A stretch of DNA of 20,000 nucleotides from an uncultured virus (IMG/VR IMGVR_UViG_3300032820_000005) (lineage: Duplodnaviria > Heunggongvirae > Uroviricota > Caudoviricetes): IMG/VR virus record IMGVR_UViG_3300032820_000005; one strand, 5' to 3'. A program made the translations under genes and the position numbers. The notes under the pieces are model-generated. The model was not told where the DNA came from. It worked only from the letters and a program-made list of their open reading frames with translations, and searched no databases. Of the stretch, positions 15,745-20,000 are shown one piece after another (positions within the stretch are counted from its first letter, which is position 1; each line of letters starts with the position of its first letter).

Positions 15745-17330
15745 TATGCCTCAAAAATACTATCTTCAAATTTAGTAAATGACTCAATTGCGGCCGCTAC
15801 TATTTGTTCAGCATTAACAAGTCCAAATATGCCATAAGCGATAGCTAATCCATAAGCAGCTGCTGATCCACCCATTGTAGTTTTTATCATAATATTATAT
15901 GCATTTTTTTGTGTCACTCCCCGCCACATACTGAAAGCTTCTTGAGTTACAATATTAGGTGCATACGGATAGAAAAACGATGTTAATCCCATAGCCCCTA
16001 CTTCTTGATGTAAAAATGGATTTACCAAATCACCCTTTCTAAATGTTGATGGAAAAAGTTGAAATGCTGAATTTTCAGTCCATTCTTTATAAGTAACATA
16101 ATCCAGATAATCACCACTCATATTCCAATAAGGTATTACAACAAGCGAACCAGCCTTTTTCCATCCTTGTATAGCATCTGAATTGTTCAGTTGTGGTACA
16201 TCGACCTCAAATTTATCTACGCCAAGATCCTTTCCTCTTTCAGATGGTAAAACTGCATCATCTACTAAATCCATAACATCAGCCATAGTGTTCTTTTTGA
16301 TAGCAGCAAAATATTCTTTTAGCCTAGTTGTAGTATAGGCATCAACTTCCCAATCATCAACAGGTTCTTCACCATATACTGCGTCTACAGGAATATTATT
16401 TCTATTTCCTATTTCTTCTAATTCTTTTCCTATGTGAGAGTTAGTCGCGCCCATTAATTCAATTGAGAAATCATTCAATAAAATTTCATTCCATGCTCCA
16501 TAGTCCTCGCCTGGATCTGTAAGAATTCCTTTAATAGCGTCATACCCGCCTTTTTTGAGTAGTTTCTCAATTCCATCAAAGTACTGCTTTATTATCCATC
16601 CTTTAGCTTGTTTAGTTATCTTGGTGGGCGCCAGCCAATATCTTTTTCGACCATCTGCGAATATAGATTCTGAATATTTAAGATGTATATCTAAAGGCTT
16701 TGGAATCTTAGCCCAATATTGAGCTAACTTAGTCTGTTTTCCAACTTGAAAATCAAGTGGATTAAATCTTTCTGATCTAAAATCATGGGCATAGGCATAA
16801 GAAAAATTCTGTAGCCATTCATCTTTCTTAAATCTTTTCCAAGCCCTTATTAATATCTCTTTTTTTAATTGATATATATCACCTAACAAATCATTAATTT
16901 TCCCAACATTTCCTTCTGGATCACTGGTATGCTTGGACTGATAACGCAATTTTTCCAAGCTCATCCATTTGCGACCTTGTGTATCCAACTTTGTCCAAAA
17001 ATCGCGAGATGAACTCATTACTGGATAACCATTAATTATTGTCCATACGCCACCTTCTGTAGCTACGCCACCTTCGATCAAAGAACTCAACATATCGCCT
17101 GGATCTGTCATAGCAGATATTTGTCGAGCAGAATTTTGTATTTTAATAAGTGTATCTACATTATCTAAAGATGTGATATGTACAGCATAAAGGGGCAACT
17201 TTACTATCCCCTCAATACGCTGAATCATTTTTTTACTCAAAGGAACATGTGGATATAAATGAAAAGCATAATCTTCTGTTTTTTCTGTCGCTTCTAATAA
17301 AAGAGGTTGGAAATTTTTATAAGTTTTCAT
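15744..17330 (-). CDS. large hypothetical protein, putative head-packaged (internal virion) protein
   Basis: 528 aa ORF; N-terminus MKTYKNFQPLLLEA resembles the T4 capsid-targeting sequence; late promoter upstream. Confidence 0.7.
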   Translation of the reverse strand: MKTYKNFQPLLLEATEKTEDYAFHLYPHVPLSKKMIQRIEGIVKLPLYAVHITSLDNVDTLIKIQNSARQISAMTDPGDMLSSLIEGGVATEGGVWTIINGYPVMSSSRDFWTKLDTQGRKWMSLEKLRYQSKHTSDPEGNVGKINDLLGDIYQLKKEILIRAWKRFKKDEWLQNFSYAYAHDFRSERFNPLDFQVGKQTKLAQYWAKIPKPLDIHLKYSESIFADGRKRYWLAPTKITKQAKGWIIKQYFDGIEKLLKKGGYDAIKGILTDPGEDYGAWNEILLNDFSIELMGATNSHIGKELEEIGNRNNIPVDAVYGEEPVDDWEVDAYTTTRLKEYFAAIKKNTMADVMDLVDDAVLPSERGKDLGVDKFEVDVPQLNNSDAIQGWKKAGSLVVIPYWNMSGDYLDYVTYKEWTENSAFQLFPSTFRKGDLVNPFLHQEVGAMGLTSFFYPYAPNIVTQEAFSMWRGVTQKNAYNIMIKTTMGGSAAAYGLAIAYGIFGLVNAEQIVAAAIESFTKFEDSIFEA

Positions 17331-17572
17331 TCGATTAGCCTAACAGTAGTTATTTCACTACCATAAAAAGATTTACTGTCACCGTTTTTAGTATTTATAA
17401 CTACCCTATCCTCAAAATCATCCCATTGAACAGTACATACTGTTCCAACAATAAATTGACCTTTACCCAATAAAGCTACTTGCCTTTTTTCTTGTAATGC
17501 GTATTTACAACATTCTACATTTTTGTATACAGAATCTTTAATACTCTCGAAACGCTCGCCATTAAGGATCAT
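17327..17572 (-). CDS. small beta-rich hypothetical protein
   Basis: AAGGGGG RBS; ATGA overlap with the next gene. Confidence 0.75.
   Translation of the reverse strand: MILNGERFESIKDSVYKNVECCKYALQEKRQVALLGKGQFIVGTVCTVQWDDFEDRVVINTKNGDSKSFYGSEITTVRLIE
17392..17399 (-). promoter_or_regulatory. T4-type late promoter TATAAATA
   Basis: Exact match ~60 bp upstream of the 17330 start; other exact copies at 13353-13360 and 18772-18779. Confidence 0.6.
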
Positions 17573-17660
17573 GGATGCCCCCTTAAGCCTCTTTTAGAAA
17601 AGGCAAAAAACTAAAATGAAAATTAAGAAAATTATTGTACCTATCAGATCAGCTATGAAT

Positions 17661-18071
17661 TTATCGTTGTTGTCCATTATTGGCAAATTTGGTTGTTCCC
17701 TCCTGCAATAAAGCATTATCTGCTTCTGAATTACTAAACCAATAGTCGATTACCTTTCCCCAACTTCCGACAAAAGCACCTAGCATTATTAGCAAAATTT
17801 CTTTCCACTCTGTTTTAATATCATTACCCAATGCTATTTGAATCATCATTAAAAGTAAAATTCCACTAAAAATACCAACAATGCCTGCCGTAGCCATCCA
17901 ATTTTTTTGTGTACGGTATCTTATTAAATTCAAAAGTTCCATATTAATCTCATCATGTGAATCCTGAGCTTTCAATCTAAGCTCAGCGTCAATAGTTTCT
18001 TCATGTGCCTCTTGGGCTATTTCTAATAGTTCATTTTCTATATCATCAGAATCTCGTATACTTTCTGACAT
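17661..18071 (-). CDS. acidic N-terminus + 2-TM membrane protein
   Basis: AAGGAGG RBS; TM segments ATAGIVGIFSGILLLMMIQIAL and ILLIMLGAFVGSWGKVIDYWF. Confidence 0.8.
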   Translation of the reverse strand: MSESIRDSDDIENELLEIAQEAHEETIDAELRLKAQDSHDEINMELLNLIRYRTQKNWMATAGIVGIFSGILLLMMIQIALGNDIKTEWKEILLIMLGAFVGSWGKVIDYWFSNSEADNALLQEGTTKFANNGQQR

Positions 18072-18087
18072 TGACTATTACCTCCTT

Positions 18088-18546
18088 TTAGCAATCTGCA
18101 TACTTAGCGTTCATTTTAGCTACATAATTCGCAAAATCTTCTTCAGCCTCCTGACGTGCTTTCATTAGATTATTGTGTTCTATATACTTTTCAGTATATT
18201 CCGCTGCAGTAGTAATACAGTCGTCAGCTAATTTTTTATGATTTGAATATTTGGCCCATCCATCAGCCCATTCAGATTCCCTTAAAACAATTTCAGCTAA
18301 AATATCACCTTTAATATCTTCTGTTGTAGATGTTGGCAACGCTGACTTTATTCGATATACCAATTCTAAATATTCATCGACAGTTTCTTGTGAAATCATC
18401 TCGCCTGGTATATCAGCAGTAAAAAAATTAAATGTTTCATACGATTCGAGATAATCGCATGTATCCAATATCCTTTTAATCAACTCTTTTCTCAACCAAG
18501 CCACATCACTCGAAAAATCTTTTACCAAACTTCTATATACACCCAT
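18088..18546 (-). CDS. hypothetical helical protein
   Basis: GGAGGA RBS; 152 aa. Confidence 0.8.
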   Translation of the reverse strand: MGVYRSLVKDFSSDVAWLRKELIKRILDTCDYLESYETFNFFTADIPGEMISQETVDEYLELVYRIKSALPTSTTEDIKGDILAEIVLRESEWADGWAKYSNHKKLADDCITTAAEYTEKYIEHNNLMKARQEAEEDFANYVAKMNAKYADC

Positions 18547-18551
18547 TACTA

Positions 18552-18674
18552 CTATCCTCCAAAAATACTATAAACCGCTTTTGATCCAAGTTTGAATCCT
18601 ATTAACCAAAAACAAACACAAAAAACTAATATTGTTGCCCATACCAACAATTTATACCAATCCAAATCAAACAT
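18552..18674 (-). CDS. 40 aa membrane peptide
   Basis: MFDLDWYKLLVWATILVFCVCFWLIGFKLGSKAVYSIFGG*; TAATG coupled to the RNR stop. Confidence 0.6.
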   Translation of the reverse strand: MFDLDWYKLLVWATILVFCVCFWLIGFKLGSKAVYSIFGG

Positions 18675-20000
18675 TATGTTATCTCACATGAGCCTCCACT
18701 ACAAGCAAGTTCTCCTTGCAAATCTGTGTTATCATCAATTTCTATTACATTTTCAAGATTAATCTTCGATATATTTATAATATTTTTCTCATAATCATCC
18801 TTTGTAATATCTTCAAATGGTGCCTGGACATAAGTTCCATTATCATATGGCAAAAATGACAAGCCATTAAATGACTCTTGATTTTTCCATAGCCAATCAG
18901 CTACTTTATCCCATTCATCTGGTTTTATGGATATTGTTGCGGATACATTATGTGTATTCATTCCTTTTTTATGACCTGGCTGTATCCAATTTTCATGAAA
19001 ATATTTAATACGCTGCAACAAATCTTCAACATTCTCTGTTCTAGTAACTGCCCCATCTGGTGATTTGATTGGAATTGTAATAACTGCATTATTACCAAAT
19101 ACTTCATCTTCCATTACATCAGGATTAGTACCTATAAGATATTGATAAATAGCTTCATTTTTGCCAACTCTGATTCTTCGATTGTAATGCTCATTATGCC
19201 AAGCATGTATACCTGAGCTAGTACCCAATACCAAACTACCAGTTCCTTCTGGCTTAATACAAGTTACCCTTTTAGCTGAACCAATACCTAATTTTTTTGA
19301 CACTCTTTGATTTTCTTCAACTGCTATATTTGCAGCTCTTTTAAAATCATATTGAGTATGATCAATTGAAGCTATACCTGTCAATGATACACCTAATAGA
19401 GATTCTTTCTCTGTCATTTTTTTCCATTCTGGCTTTAAATAATGAAAATCAGTATATGAAGCCTGCAATGTACCAATAAAAGTAGCCGCTTTGGTTCGTT
19501 CTTCTAAATCTTGCTGATTTTCTATTGTAGCTACATTAATAGATGTCAAGTTACAAAATTGATTAGGATTAAGGCTAATTTCACAGCATGGATTTGAACC
19601 CAATTCTACATTGTTAGTAAAATACAACCCTGGCTCTCCACTGCCAGAATTTTTAATAACATCCCATTTTTCTTTAAACACATCTTCAGTGATTAGAGAT
19701 CTGGCTACTACCATTGAATTATTAGATCGAGCTCTATACGGATGCAAGTAATACCATTGTAATACATTTTCATCCTTCAATTTATTAAAATCTGATTCTG
19801 GTATCCATACATTTTTTTGTTCATGAAATTCATTTTCTCGAAATACATTAACACTTACATTATAGCTTCCATTCACTTTACCTATCACTTCATCAATTTC
19901 AGCTCGATGTAATGATTTACAATTAAGCATTGATTCATCTTCGATACTGAACAATGATATTAATGCAGATCTACGTATCCCACCTGACAACACAGCATCA
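18674..20000 (-). CDS. nrdJ: class II adenosylcobalamin-dependent ribonucleoside-triphosphate reductase (5'-truncated by window edge)
   Basis: DAVLSGGIRRSALISLF, RARSNNS, GSGEPG, NPCCEISL (radical Cys), FCNL, VTCIKPEGT, HNVSATIS, NGLSFLP, YVQAPFE, C-terminal GELACSGGSCEI. Confidence 0.95.
   Translation of the reverse strand, partial: DAVLSGGIRRSALISLFSIEDESMLNCKSLHRAEIDEVIGKVNGSYNVSVNVFRENEFHEQKNVWIPESDFNKLKDENVLQWYYLHPYRARSNNSMVVARSLITEDVFKEKWDVIKNSGSGEPGLYFTNNVELGSNPCCEISLNPNQFCNLTSINVATIENQQDLEERTKAATFIGTLQASYTDFHYLKPEWKKMTEKESLLGVSLTGIASIDHTQYDFKRAANIAVEENQRVSKKLGIGSAKRVTCIKPEGTGSLVLGTSSGIHAWHNEHYNRRIRVGKNEAIYQYLIGTNPDVMEDEVFGNNAVITIPIKSPDGAVTRTENVEDLLQRIKYFHENWIQPGHKKGMNTHNVSATISIKPDEWDKVADWLWKNQESFNGLSFLPYDNGTYVQAPFEDITKDDYEKNIINISKINLENVIEIDDNTDLQGELACSGGSCEIT

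Noticed and set aside
17586..17610. GCC...GGC hairpin as a terminator
   Set aside because: The stem is imperfect and the T-run lies 5' of the hairpin on the coding strand.
399..18454. Plus-strand ORFs in the track (e.g. 3746..4375, 8386..8625, 9340..9669, 10241..10549)
   Set aside because: They are antisense shadows of well-supported minus-strand genes, with no RBS or recognisable motifs.
19757..19912. Intein or intron in nrdJ
   Set aside because: Too short, no His-Asn followed by C/S/T junction, and the frame is uninterrupted.
1..20000. Stop-codon reassignment
   Set aside because: Conserved genes are full length in code 11, and TAA, TAG and TGA all end genes at expected positions.
1..20000. 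Cellular origin, suggested by sufB, nfuA and iscA
   Set aside because: T4-type rnh, cobS, hsp20, late promoters and dense small unidirectional ORFs indicate a phage; there is no suf operon context.
1..20000. tRNA or rRNA genes
   Set aside because: No cloverleaf or T-loop signatures recognised by eye in the intergenic gaps.

Overview
AT-rich, gene-dense segment of a large T4-like (myovirus-type) bacteriophage genome, probably marine, with every credible gene on the minus strand. T4-like markers are the CobS-type AAA+ ATPase with its HExxH peptidase/CobT-like partner, T4-type RNase H with its usual neighbour, Hsp20, GIY-YIG and EndoVII-type nucleases, a class II (B12) ribonucleotide reductase and TATAAATA late-promoter motifs. 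Less ordinary features: (1) a phage-borne Fe-S biogenesis set (SufB, NfuA, IscA/ErpA-type carrier, CGWS monothiol glutaredoxin); (2) a tandem array of repeated strong sigma70-type promoter cassettes with tiny ORFs, one cassette empty, next to a ~600 bp repeat- and palindrome-rich, probably non-coding region; (3) a secreted LamG-like protein ending in a Poribacteria-type C-terminal motif, within a cluster of predicted lipoproteins, hinting at a Poribacteria host; (4) a 528 aa protein under a late promoter with a T4 capsid-targeting-like N-terminus and an ADP-ribosyltransferase-like motif order; (5) a ROSE-like RNA thermometer before hsp20. All assignments are by eye, without database searches.
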